A DNA stretch of 64,000 nucleotides, taken from assembly GCA_034429595.1 (NCBI GenBank), contig DAOUGB010000068.1, positions 11,067 to 75,066 of the forward strand, read 5' to 3'. Position 1 is the stretch's first letter; each line of letters begins with the position of its first letter. The DNA comes from Dehalococcoidales bacterium (GTDB lineage Bacteria; Chloroflexota; Dehalococcoidia; Dehalococcoidales; RBG-16-60-22). Positions 54,180 through 63,439 of the stretch are shown piece after piece. The notes under the pieces are model-generated. The model had not been told where the DNA came from. It was given only the letters and a program-made list of their open reading frames with translations, and did no database searches. The position numbers were made by a program, and so were the translations under genes.

Positions 54180-55664
54180 ATGAGTAATTTGAACCACCCG
54201 TTACGTAAAGATAACAGCTTCTGGCAGGCATTATTTGCGGCGGATTCCATCGCCATCATCGGCGCCAAGAGCGCCGTGGGGTCGTGGGGGCAGGATGCCA
54301 TGAGAGCCGCCCTGGATGCGGTCAAAGCTAAAGCCAGCAGGCAGGTCTACCCGGTAAACCCCCGTGAACCGGAAGTGATGGGCGTAAAAGCCTATCAAAG
54401 CGTCCTGGACATACCCGGTCCGGTGGAACTGGCAATTATCGTTGTGCCGGCAACCGCCGCGCCGCAGGTCTTCCGTGAGTGCGCGGCGAAAAAGGTCAAG
54501 GCAGCGGTGGTTATCTCCGCCGGTTTCGCCGAGACGGATGACGATGGCAAAAAGCTGGAAGCCGAGATAAAAACCATTGCCAAAGAGGGCGGACTACGTT
54601 TTACCGGCCCCAACTGTAACGGCCACGCCGATTTCCATACCCGGGTTTCGAGTGTCGGGTTTGCCAGCATGTTCCCCGCCGGGCCGCTGGCGCTTTTAAG
54701 CCAGAGCGGCACGCTGGGCGCCAGCATCATGCAATTGGCCGTCGATAGGGGCATCGGGCTAAGCAAATTCGTCGCCACCGGCAATGAAGCGGACTTACGA
54801 CTCGAAGATTTCCTAGAATACCTGGCAAACGATGACAATACACGCATCATCGCCACGTATATAGAAGGGCTACGCGAGGGCAGGCGCTTCTACGAACTGG
54901 CAAAAAAGATAACGAGGCAGAAACCCATCATCGCCATGAAATCCGGCACCACCGGGGCTTCCGCCCGCGCCGCGAGGTCACACACCGGGGCTTTATCCGG
55001 TGAGGATACCGTTTACACGGCGGCCTTCAAACAGGCCGGGGTGATAAGAGTGGAGGATGAAGAAGAGCTATGCGACATGGCAATCGCCTTGCGCGACCTT
55101 CCCCTGCCGCACGGCAACAGAGTGGGCATCCTGACCATCGGCGGCGGCTTCGGAGTCGTCACCGCGGAAGTCTGTGAAAAAGAAGGGCTGGAAATAGCCG
55201 CACTCACACCGGAAACTTTAAAGAAAATGAGCGCCATCCTGCCGCCGCGCTGGCCGCCGGGCAACCCGGTCGACCTCGTGGGGACACGGCCGGTGGGTGG
55301 CGAAAACATCGGCGATAATTGCCTGCAGCTGCTGCTGGAGGACAAAAATGTCGATGCCGTCATATCGCTGCTGCCGCCAATGATTTTACCGTCCGGCCCG
55401 CCGGGCTCGATAAAGCCGGAACAAATCCGCGCGATGCAGCAGGAAAGTGCCAGGAAACAGGCCGCTCTATACGAAAAACTGAAAGAGTACGATAAACCGC
55501 TGGTCTACATCCGCCGCATGAATATCACCGCCGCGGTAACATACCAAAAGGATTGGCCGGATGCGCCGCCTAAAGCGATAATACCGGAATATTCCCATCC
55601 CCGCCACGCCGCCAGGGTGCTGCGCTACCTGGCAGGGTACCGGAAGTATCTGGCGAGTAAATAG
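54180..55664 (+). CDS. ADP-forming acetyl/acyl-CoA synthetase-like CoA-binding protein (alpha-type domains only)
   Basis: It has a CoA-binding Rossmann motif (SIAIIGAKSAVGSWG) and a succinyl-CoA-ligase-like region with the phospho-His loop (ARSHTGALSG). I recognised no ATP-grasp part. Confidence 0.7.
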   Translation: MSNLNHPLRKDNSFWQALFAADSIAIIGAKSAVGSWGQDAMRAALDAVKAKASRQVYPVNPREPEVMGVKAYQSVLDIPGPVELAIIVVPATAAPQVFRECAAKKVKAAVVISAGFAETDDDGKKLEAEIKTIAKEGGLRFTGPNCNGHADFHTRVSSVGFASMFPAGPLALLSQSGTLGASIMQLAVDRGIGLSKFVATGNEADLRLEDFLEYLANDDNTRIIATYIEGLREGRRFYELAKKITRQKPIIAMKSGTTGASARAARSHTGALSGEDTVYTAAFKQAGVIRVEDEEELCDMAIALRDLPLPHGNRVGILTIGGGFGVVTAEVCEKEGLEIAALTPETLKKMSAILPPRWPPGNPVDLVGTRPVGGENIGDNCLQLLLEDKNVDAVISLLPPMILPSGPPGSIKPEQIRAMQQESARKQAALYEKLKEYDKPLVYIRRMNITAAVTYQKDWPDAPPKAIIPEYSHPRHAARVLRYLAGYRKYLASK

Positions 55665-55750
55665 TTTACAGTACCGCCACCCCTTTCCCCCGACCTTTTC
55701 TCCTGACCTCCTCTGCGCTGGCAGAGAGGCGGCAATACATAAGCTTCGAT

Positions 55751-55920
55751 TTGTTATTCGTTTTTTTAAATTTTTTTACACCCTCTTAGCTTTGACTTGA
55801 AGCTGATTTGTTTTTATTTGTTTTATGTTAAATCAGCTAAGAGCTATCAGTTTTCAGCTATCAGTATAGAGGGGAAAGGGCAAATTGTAAACAGGCTTTT
55901 GTCATAGAAAAATCCCCCTT
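55751..55920. repeat. about 180-nt mosaic intergenic repeat, copy 2
   Basis: See 2961-3146. Confidence 0.7.
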
Positions 55921-56077
55921 GTCCTCCTTTTTCAAAGTGGGAGACGGGAGAAGGAGGGAGCGCAACTACCGCTCCCTTTAACAAAGGGAGATAGAGAGGG
56001 GGAAAAATCCCCCTTGTCCTCCTTTTTCAAAGTGGGAGACGGGAGAAGAAGGGAGCGCAACCACCGCTCCCTTTAAC
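55907..56077. repeat. tandem duplication of a 76-nt unit (period 95 nt)
   Basis: The unit gaaaaatcccccttgtcctcctttttcaaagtgggagacgggagaag.agggagcgcaac.accgctccctttaac occurs at 55907-55982 and 56002-56077. Confidence 0.75.
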
Positions 56078-56081
56078 GGCT

Positions 56082-56206
56082 TTGTATCAAAAGTCATTCT
56101 GAGGAGTGAAACGACGAAGAATCCGCGCCTGGCAAAGTAGCTACGGATTCTTCCCCCGATTTGCATCGGGGTCAGAATGACATTGCTATAGCCACTTTTG
56201 ATACAA
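56082..56206. mobile_element. 125-nt MITE-like palindromic element, copy A
   Basis: It has terminal inverted repeats TTGTATCAAAAGTCATTCTGA...TCAGAATGAC..ACTTTTGATACAA. It is nearly identical to 62246-62370. Confidence 0.6.
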
Positions 56207-56244
56207 AGCCCCCTTTAACAAAGGGAGATAGAGAGGGATTTCCT

Positions 56245-56982
56245 CTATCCCCTTCCCAGATAAAGCTGGTCTTTAGGGAGCTGGATGATTTCCAATACGT
56301 TAACATGTGGCGGCTGGCAGGCCATGTAGACCGCGCCCGCCGCGATTTCTTCCGGAGTCATCTTGGGTTCTTTAGCCCAGGCGCCGCCGCCCTGCGCGGG
56401 CGGGTCATTATCCCGCGCGACGTTGCCGGGGTGGAGGATGCCGCAGGTGATATTGAAATCGCGGCCTTCCAGGGCGGTAGTATGGGTCAGCCCCACCAGG
56501 CCGAACTTGGCGCTGGAATAAGGGGCGTTGCCCTGGCGGACGCGGGAAGCGGAAATACTGCCGATGTTGATAATGCGCCCGCCGCCCTGCACCTTCATGA
56601 TGCCGAAAGCCGATCGGGTGCAGAGGAACGCCGCCCGCAGGTTGGTGGCGATAACAGCATCCCAATCTTCCGTAGAAATCTTATCGATAGGGCCGCCGTT
56701 AAAGACGCCGGAGTTATTCACCAGGATGTCCAGCCGGCCAAAGCGTTCCATCGTCTTTTTAAAGAGGTTATCAATTTGCGCTTCCACTTTAACATCGGTG
56801 GGGACGACTTCCACTTCACGTCCCAAAGCTTTAATTTCTTGAGCGGTGGCGTTTAAGGCTTCTACAGTGCGCGCCGCGAGGGCGAGACTGGCGCCTTCTT
56901 TGGCCAGCCCGATGGCGATAGCTTTGCCGATGCTGCGGCTGGAGCCGGTTACAATAGCGACTTTTCCATCCAGTTGTCCCAT
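56245..56982 (-). CDS. SDR-family oxidoreductase
   Basis: It carries VTGSSRSIGKAIA and the catalytic YSSAKFG. Confidence 0.85.
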   Translation of the reverse strand: MGQLDGKVAIVTGSSRSIGKAIAIGLAKEGASLALAARTVEALNATAQEIKALGREVEVVPTDVKVEAQIDNLFKKTMERFGRLDILVNNSGVFNGGPIDKISTEDWDAVIATNLRAAFLCTRSAFGIMKVQGGGRIINIGSISASRVRQGNAPYSSAKFGLVGLTHTTALEGRDFNITCGILHPGNVARDNDPPAQGGGAWAKEPKMTPEEIAAGAVYMACQPPHVNVLEIIQLPKDQLYLGRG

Positions 56983-57025
56983 AAGAACCTCCTGTGATTA
57001 AGTACCAAATAACAACAGTATTCAA

Positions 57026-57436
57026 TTATCGTTTCTTAAAATAAACGGCACCGGATAAAGCTTCACCCATGAATGAACTACCGGCACTGGCTTCCATAAA
57101 CAGCTCATCCTCTCCCACCGAGCCAATCCAATCATAATCACCATTCTCGGTAAAGTAGACGGATCCTTCCGGAAAATGCAACACGATACTTCCGCCCGCA
57201 TCAGCCTCCCATGTGCCGGAGTATTTTTTATCAGGGCTGGCAAAAGAAAAGTCCCCATCCTTTTCCAGTTTGATAAATGAATTGGAATCATACTGCCATT
57301 CATAGGTGCCTGCTATCGTTTCATCATTTTCACCGGTCTCGTTAACAATCTCACTGCTGCAATCTGTAATCAACCCGATACAAAGGAAAAGCCCCAACAA
57401 TATTAGGACGACTTTTTTCATTTTGTTCTCCTCCAT
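57026..57436 (-). CDS. putative secreted/lipoprotein, hypothetical
   Basis: It has an N-terminal signal-like helix (KKVVLILLGLFLCIGLITDCSS). The lipobox is non-canonical. Confidence 0.5.
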   Translation of the reverse strand: MEENKMKKVVLILLGLFLCIGLITDCSSEIVNETGENDETIAGTYEWQYDSNSFIKLEKDGDFSFASPDKKYSGTWEADAGGSIVLHFPEGSVYFTENGDYDWIGSVGEDELFMEASAGSSFMGEALSGAVYFKKR

Positions 57437-57483
57437 ACTACTAAATCATCTCTAGACTAGATCAGGTTGAAGGAATTGCTTTT

Positions 57484-58149
57484 CTACAACTCCATCTGCT
57501 TCAAGTCTTTAGAAACAATTAATTCCGGCTCGGTCAGCGCCTGTATCTCTTCAGCCGTCCAGCCGGGGGCGGTCTCTTTTAAAAGCAGGCCGTCCGGCGT
57601 GACATCGAGGACGGCGATATCCGTAACAATCATACTGATGCAGTGAGGGGCGGTCAAAGGATAGGTGCATTGCTTAAGCAGCTTGGGTTCATTCTTTTTG
57701 GTGGTGTGCGTCATCACGGCAATCAGGTGGTGCGCCCCGAAGGCTAAATCCATCGCCCCGCCGATATTGCCCGGCCGCCCGAGCTGAATCGTCCAGTTAG
57801 CGAGGTCGCCTTTTTCCGAGACCTGCATGGCGCCCAGCACACAGAGGTCGATGTGCCGGCCCCGTATCATGGTGAAGCTCTCCGCATGGTCGAAGAAGCA
57901 CATGCCGGGCTTGGGGGTAGCGAACTGGCCGGTAGCGTTAACGAGGTGGAAGTCTTCGTCCTCGACGCGGGTGGGGGTGGGGCCATAGCCGAGGCAGCCG
58001 TTCTCCGCGTGGAAGATAACCTCAATGCCCTCCGGGATAAAATTGGCCGCCTGCGTGGGGATGCCAAAGCCCAGGTTGATGACCATGCCGTCTTTAAATT
58101 CTTTAGCCACGCGCAGCGCCATCGTTTGCTCATCAAGTCGGTCTTTCAT
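57484..58149 (-). CDS. 3-oxoacid CoA-transferase, subunit B
   Basis: It has the motif HAENGCLGYGP containing the catalytic Glu. 221 aa. Confidence 0.85.
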   Translation of the reverse strand: MKDRLDEQTMALRVAKEFKDGMVINLGFGIPTQAANFIPEGIEVIFHAENGCLGYGPTPTRVEDEDFHLVNATGQFATPKPGMCFFDHAESFTMIRGRHIDLCVLGAMQVSEKGDLANWTIQLGRPGNIGGAMDLAFGAHHLIAVMTHTTKKNEPKLLKQCTYPLTAPHCISMIVTDIAVLDVTPDGLLLKETAPGWTAEEIQALTEPELIVSKDLKQMEL

Positions 58150-58388
58150 ATTCAGCTCCTTAAATATCTACCCCTCCCCTTTTCCCCGACCTTTTCCTCT
58201 TATCCCTCTCTAACCTCTCCCTCTCCGTACACAGAGAGGGAGAGGCAAAAGAGGAAGGTGATTGATAAAAACCCACTCAATCCCTTTCCGATTCCCTTTG
58301 GTCATATCCCGATTCACTTTGTTCATACGGGACGCCGCATGAGATTACGAATCGGCGCGGAATCTACGACTTTATGAAGGGGGAAAGA

Positions 58389-59108
58389 TTATTTTCTCAC
58401 GGCAATTCTATCTACATAGATACCCGGCGTAACGATTATCTCCGGGTTGATACTGCCGAGTTCCACCAGTTCATCCACCTCAATGATGGTCACTTTGGCC
58501 GCGCCTGCCATGACGGAGTTGAAGTTGCGGGAAGTGCCCTGGTAAACGCAGTTACCATAGCGGTCAGCGCGGTAGGCCCGCACCAGCGCGAAGTCAGCTT
58601 TGAGGGGGTATTCCAGGATATGCTCGCGCCCGTCGATGACCCTTTTTTCCTTGCCCTTTTCCATGACGGTGCCCGCGCCGGTGGGGATAAAGAACGCCCC
58701 GATGCCCGCCTTGCCCGCCCGGATTCTTTCCGCCAGGGTACCCTGCGGCACCATCTCCACTTCCAGTTCCCCGGTCTCCCATTTTTCAAAGAGCGGCGCC
58801 GTCATGCCGGGGCGGTTCATGCCGGGGAAAGCGCAAACGACCTTTTTTACCTGGCCGGACTGGATGAGCATACCGCCATCATCATAGTTGGGCGGGGTCT
58901 TTCTAAAGTTTTGGGAGCCTTCCGGCCCGCGGCCGAAGCCGGGGGTGTTGGCGATAAGGGTAAGGTTTTTAACACCCTGTTTGACGAGCGACCGCAGCAG
59001 GTTGCTGGGGGTGCCGTTGGCGGGGCCGAAGCCGCCCATGAGGACAACCGCGCCGTCGAAAACGTCCTTGACCGCTGCATCAAAGCTCGGTACTACTTTG
59101 TTAATCAT
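58389..59108 (-). CDS. 3-oxoacid CoA-transferase, subunit A
   Basis: It begins MINKVV...AVKDVFDGAVVLMGGFG. 239 aa. Confidence 0.85.
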   Translation of the reverse strand: MINKVVPSFDAAVKDVFDGAVVLMGGFGPANGTPSNLLRSLVKQGVKNLTLIANTPGFGRGPEGSQNFRKTPPNYDDGGMLIQSGQVKKVVCAFPGMNRPGMTAPLFEKWETGELEVEMVPQGTLAERIRAGKAGIGAFFIPTGAGTVMEKGKEKRVIDGREHILEYPLKADFALVRAYRADRYGNCVYQGTSRNFNSVMAGAAKVTIIEVDELVELGSINPEIIVTPGIYVDRIAVRK

Positions 59109-59184
59109 ATTTTAAAAACCCCCTTAATCCCCCTTTACAAAAGGGGGAGGCTGCATTCCCGCTTTCGCGGAAAGACATATTAAA

Positions 59185-60363
59185 TTAGTCTCTCTGCCCC
59201 AGTATCGTCACGGAGCCGACGCCGCTGCCCGGGTTCATGCCGAAGTTATGCGTCAGGCCAATAGACGGATTCTTCCTTTGGCGCGGGCCGGCTTTGCCCT
59301 GCATCTGCTTGTAAATTTCATAAATCATGCGCAGGCCGCTGGCGCCGATGGGGTGCCCGAAGCTCTTTAAGCCGCCGTCCGGGTTGACCGCCAGCTTGCC
59401 GTCTAAAGCAAAGGTGCCGTTCCTGACGTATTCCGGGCCTTTGCCGCGCGGGCAGAAGCCCAGGTCTTCCGTAATCACCATCTCGGTGATGCTGAAACAG
59501 TCGTGTACTTCCGCCAAATCGATTTCATTAAAGGGGTCTTTGATGCCCGCCATAGCGTAAGCCTGTTTGCTGGCGCGCACCGTTTCTTCCATGTGCACCA
59601 TGTCATAAGACGGCTGGAGATAGCCCTGCCGCGCCCCCACCGCCAGCCCCACGCCCTTCACCAGAACATAATCATCCCGGAACTTTTTAGCCATATCCGC
59701 CCGGCAGAGAATGGCGCAGGCGGAGCCGTCGCTGACGCCGCAGGCGTCGTAAAGCCCCAGCGGCCAGGAGACCATCGGGGCGTTAACCGCCATTTCTTCG
59801 GTAATTTCCCGCTGGAAATGCGCCCGTGGATTCAGCGAGCCGTTATGATGGTTCTTCACGGATATTTTGGCGAGTGTCTGTTTCAATTCCTCATAAGTGA
59901 GGCCGTAATGCTCCATATAGCGGGTAGCCATGCGGGCGAAGAACATCGCGGCGGACATACCCCACTCCAAAGTGCCGTTGCCGCCCGCGCCGGTGACCGT
60001 CCCGAGGCCGCCCATGCCCTGGTCCTTGAGTTTTTCCACCCCGATAGCCAAGACGATATCATACACGCCGGAGGCGATGCCGAAGCAGGCGTTACGCAGG
60101 GCCTCGGTGGCGGTGGCGCAGAGGTTTTCCACGCGGGTCACGGGCACATAATCTAGTTTTAAAGCGGTAGCGCAGGGCTCGGCGGTATTAAGGCGCGTAG
60201 TACCGAACCAGACGGCCTGGATATCCTTCATCTCGATACCGGCATCCCCGACAGCCTCGGAGGCGGCGTCCACCAGCATATCCTCGGCGCTTTTTTCCCA
60301 GTTTTCACCGAACTTGGTGCAGCCCATACCGATGATAGCGACTTTATCTTTAATGCTTTCCAT
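59185..60363 (-). CDS. thiolase-domain protein (archaeal/SCP-x type acetyl-CoA acetyltransferase-like)
   Basis: 392 aa. It has a thiolase fold with an active-site Cys region (VENLCATATEALRNA) and a C-terminal GHPIGASG. Confidence 0.8.
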   Translation of the reverse strand: MESIKDKVAIIGMGCTKFGENWEKSAEDMLVDAASEAVGDAGIEMKDIQAVWFGTTRLNTAEPCATALKLDYVPVTRVENLCATATEALRNACFGIASGVYDIVLAIGVEKLKDQGMGGLGTVTGAGGNGTLEWGMSAAMFFARMATRYMEHYGLTYEELKQTLAKISVKNHHNGSLNPRAHFQREITEEMAVNAPMVSWPLGLYDACGVSDGSACAILCRADMAKKFRDDYVLVKGVGLAVGARQGYLQPSYDMVHMEETVRASKQAYAMAGIKDPFNEIDLAEVHDCFSITEMVITEDLGFCPRGKGPEYVRNGTFALDGKLAVNPDGGLKSFGHPIGASGLRMIYEIYKQMQGKAGPRQRKNPSIGLTHNFGMNPGSGVGSVTILGQRD

Positions 60364-60364
60364 G

Positions 60365-61768
60365 TTATTTGGTCTCCTTTCCCGTCCAGCTGGAGCGCGG
60401 CGGCATACAGCGCCAGAAATAGTTATGGATACCGCCGCCCGTACCGAGCGTCCGGAAACTCATCTCTACCTCCATTCCTACTTTCACCTTATCGGCAATC
60501 ATATCCGTCATGCCGAAGAGCGCCCGTCCGCCGCCCTCGAAGTCCACCATAGTATCCACCATCGGGCGGGCAAAGCCGGGAATGTCCCCGCCATGCTTCA
60601 GCGTAAAGGTAAAGACCTTGCCTTTCTTATCGGCAAAGCTGTACGGTTCGAAATTGTCTTTGGTATGGCAGTTAGTGCAAATGCGCTGCGGCGGGTACTG
60701 GACGGTGCCGCAGGCCTTGCATTTAACGCCGCGCAGCGCATAGATAGCGTCACGCTCCCGGGCGATAACGGAAGCCGATGCCCCACCACCCTTCTCGGGG
60801 TCGGACGCGGCAAACTCGCGGTACGCCGCATAGTCCACCATGCCGCGCAGCATCATCTTGGACGCCAGGCTGCGCTTGATGCCCCATTTGCCGGAAACTT
60901 TTTTGATATTATCCGTCACGGTAAAAAGCAGGACATCCGCGCCGTCACCGTAACCGGCAAGGAGGATTTTATCGCCGGGGCCGGCGTCTTCCAGCGCGGC
61001 TACTAACAGCATCGGGGCAAAAGCCGTGCCGGTATTGCCCAGCTTAGCAAAGAAAGGTTCCTGCACCTGCTCCGGTTTGAAGCCCAGCCGGGCGGCCATC
61101 TCACGGTGGCGGCGCAAATCCGGCCCGTAAAAAACGACTTTAGTGATATCTTTAACAGCAAGCCCGGACTTATCAAAAAAGCCCTTGACGGCCTGCGGCA
61201 GTATTTTAAGGTAGCCCTCTTCAAAGACGAAGCGGTCTTCCCAGGAGCGCACGTTCCGCGCGCCGCCGGCCCGCCAGACATCCAGCAGTTCGTTGGAAAG
61301 GGAGTAGCCGGCATCCAGTGCGGCGATAACGTCTTTATCTCCGATGAGGAAGGCGGCGGCGCCGTCCCCAAAGCCGCTATCCATGCCCCCGCCGCCCATC
61401 CGCAAATCAGAGGCCGTCACGAGCAGGCTCTGCGCCGAACCGGCTTTAACAGTATCCGCTGCCAGGCGGAGAGCCGTCATCCCGGCGCGCAAAGAATCCG
61501 TAATATCCGCCGTTAAAATAGCGGGGCGCAGACCCAACGCCCAGGCGGCGACGGTGGCCGTCAACTTTTCACCGTAAGGCGGGGTGGTAGTGGCGAAGTA
61601 AAGCCCGTCCACTGTTCCCCGCTCAACGCCTCCCAGACAGTCTGTAGCGGCCGCTACAGCCATCGTCAGGCTGTCTTCATCCCAATTTGCCACCGCCTTC
61701 TCGCTCTGTGCCCCGGTGCTTAAGCGGCGGAGGGGGACATAAGCCCCGTATGATGTGATACCGATCAT
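60365..61768 (-). CDS. HMG-CoA-synthase/KAS-III-like domain fused to a DUF35 OB-fold/zinc-ribbon domain
   Basis: The N-terminal about 340 aa form a condensing-enzyme fold (MIGITSYGAYVPLRRL..., LGNTGTAFAP). The C-terminal about 125 aa carry a Zn ribbon (CKACGTVQYPPQRICTNCH) plus an OB fold, which is DUF35. Confidence 0.75.
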   Translation of the reverse strand: MIGITSYGAYVPLRRLSTGAQSEKAVANWDEDSLTMAVAAATDCLGGVERGTVDGLYFATTTPPYGEKLTATVAAWALGLRPAILTADITDSLRAGMTALRLAADTVKAGSAQSLLVTASDLRMGGGGMDSGFGDGAAAFLIGDKDVIAALDAGYSLSNELLDVWRAGGARNVRSWEDRFVFEEGYLKILPQAVKGFFDKSGLAVKDITKVVFYGPDLRRHREMAARLGFKPEQVQEPFFAKLGNTGTAFAPMLLVAALEDAGPGDKILLAGYGDGADVLLFTVTDNIKKVSGKWGIKRSLASKMMLRGMVDYAAYREFAASDPEKGGGASASVIARERDAIYALRGVKCKACGTVQYPPQRICTNCHTKDNFEPYSFADKKGKVFTFTLKHGGDIPGFARPMVDTMVDFEGGGRALFGMTDMIADKVKVGMEVEMSFRTLGTGGGIHNYFWRCMPPRSSWTGKETK

Positions 61769-62245
61769 AGACTCCTTTCAACCGAATCTCAAATCTTAAA
61801 TCTTAACTCCCCCCACTCTCCCCCTATGAAAGGGAGAGGATGATTATGCAATGCCACCAATAATAGTTTATGCTCATCATCATCCCTCCTTCAGCAAGTG
61901 CCGACTCACTCCGTTCGTACGGGATTCCGTATGACCGAAGAAAATCGGAAAGGGACAGACGGGAGAATCAGTTTTGATTTTTGAGCTTTGAGTTACCAAT
62001 GTGTTTGCCCTAGTTTAATATCTGCACCAGAGCTTGTCAAAAGAATAATAATTAGCGGAACAAGCACCGCGGGGTTGCGGATTTTCAACATTGCTTTTTC
62101 TCCAGATTAGCGGAACAAAATTGATAGTCCGGGGGCGGAAGGAGTACAATCTGATAACCGTTTTTCTTTAAAAGCATTTTATAGAGGAAAAAGGGAGTAA
62201 AGGGAGGATTTTCCCTCACCCTGTCTCCCTCTCCCGCAAGGAGCC

Positions 62246-62370
62246 TTGTATCAAAAGTCATTCTGAAGAGCGAAGCGATGAAGAATCCGCGCCTGGCAAG
62301 GTGGATACGGATTCTTCCCCCGATTTGCATCGGGGTCAGAATGACAATAGTATGGACACTTTTGATACAA
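62246..62370. mobile_element. 125-nt MITE-like palindromic element, copy B
   Basis: See 56082-56206. Both copies are 125 nt, with about a dozen substitutions by eye. Confidence 0.6.
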
Positions 62371-62426
62371 CACCCCCGCAAGGGGAGAGGGTAATAATGA
62401 AAAAAGGTGGAAAGGAAAGATTATAT

Positions 62427-63413
62427 ATGAAAGCAGCTTTTATCGTGGCGCCCAAGAAATTCGAGATTAGAGACATCCCCATGCCGGAAATCAGCGATAG
62501 CGAGATGCTGGTGAAAATAGAAGCCTGCGGGGTCTGCTCTTCCGATATGCCGGGCTACCTGGACACCGGCGTGATGCGCCCGCCTTTTCCGCGGCGCGCC
62601 GGGCACGAACCGGCGGGGACGGTGGTGGAAGTAGGCAAGAACGTCAAAGGGTTCAAGGCTGGCGACAGGATTACCGGCTTCTGGCCGGCGAACTGCTACG
62701 CCGAGTACACCGCCTGCGACCCTACCGACCGCACCGCCCGCGGCCACGGCTCGGTCATCGAGAAGATACCGGAGGGCGTGCCTTTCGAACACGCGCTGGG
62801 CGAGCCGCTGATGAGCATCGTTTCCATTACGCGCACCACGACCCCGGAGTTCGGCGACTTCGTTTTCCAGGTGGGGTCAGGGTTCATGGGGCTGGGCGTC
62901 ATCGCCTGTGTCTCCAGCCCCAAGATAAGAGAATACATCGTCGCCGACCTGGATGATAACCGGCTCAAGCTGGCTAAAGAACTCGGCGCGACCATCACTT
63001 TAAACCCAAGCAAGGTGGATGTCGTTAAAGAAGTCATGAAAATCACCGGCGGGAGGGGCGTGGACGTGGCCATCGAGGTGGTCGGCCATCCGCCGGGCAT
63101 CAAGATGGTGGGAGACGTTATCAAGACCAATCGGGGTAAAATCATTGCGGTGGGGTGGCACCAGACGCCGGACACCTACGAGCTTTTCAGCTGGATAAAG
63201 TGCCCCATCATCTACAGTCCGCAGGGCATCGGCATGTCCACGGACTACCAGAGCGAGCTGACCCGCGCCATGTGGGCGGTGCAGAAGGGCATTTTCCCCA
63301 TGAACAAACTGGTGACGCATAAGTACAAGCTGGAGGACATCGGCAAGGCTTTTGAGGATAACGTCAACCGCACGCCGGGCTACATCAAGGGCGTGGTGAT
63401 GCCGGGGATGTAA
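62427..63413 (+). CDS. Zn-dependent medium-chain alcohol dehydrogenase family protein
   Basis: It carries ACGVCSSD and GHEPAGTVVEVG. The start was set at the ATG at 62427 behind GGTGGAAAGGAAAG, because the longer track ORF translates the MITE-like element. Confidence 0.85.
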   Translation: MKAAFIVAPKKFEIRDIPMPEISDSEMLVKIEACGVCSSDMPGYLDTGVMRPPFPRRAGHEPAGTVVEVGKNVKGFKAGDRITGFWPANCYAEYTACDPTDRTARGHGSVIEKIPEGVPFEHALGEPLMSIVSITRTTTPEFGDFVFQVGSGFMGLGVIACVSSPKIREYIVADLDDNRLKLAKELGATITLNPSKVDVVKEVMKITGGRGVDVAIEVVGHPPGIKMVGDVIKTNRGKIIAVGWHQTPDTYELFSWIKCPIIYSPQGIGMSTDYQSELTRAMWAVQKGIFPMNKLVTHKYKLEDIGKAFEDNVNRTPGYIKGVVMPGM

Positions 63414-63439
63414 TAAAGGAGAACTCAAAGCTCAAAGGT

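Noticed and set aside
55907-56077. Possible CRISPR array
   Set aside because: There are only two copies of a 76-nt unit with a 19-nt spacer. The unit is itself a mosaic of the dispersed hairpin repeats, and there are no cas genes in the window.
56161-56856. 231-aa plus-strand ORF
   Set aside because: Its 5' end translates the MITE-like element. The rest is antisense to a clear SDR gene with Rossmann and YxxxK motifs.
58374-59183. 269-aa plus-strand ORF
   Set aside because: It is antisense to the CoA-transferase subunit A gene. No motifs are present, and it has shadow-ORF composition.
60314-61006. 230-aa plus-strand ORF
   Set aside because: It is antisense to the condensing-enzyme::DUF35 gene.
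62301-62426. N-terminal extension of the alcohol dehydrogenase ORF
   Set aside because: It translates the MITE-like element and a hairpin repeat. An ATG with a purine-rich RBS at 62427 gives the canonical MKAAF… ADH start.
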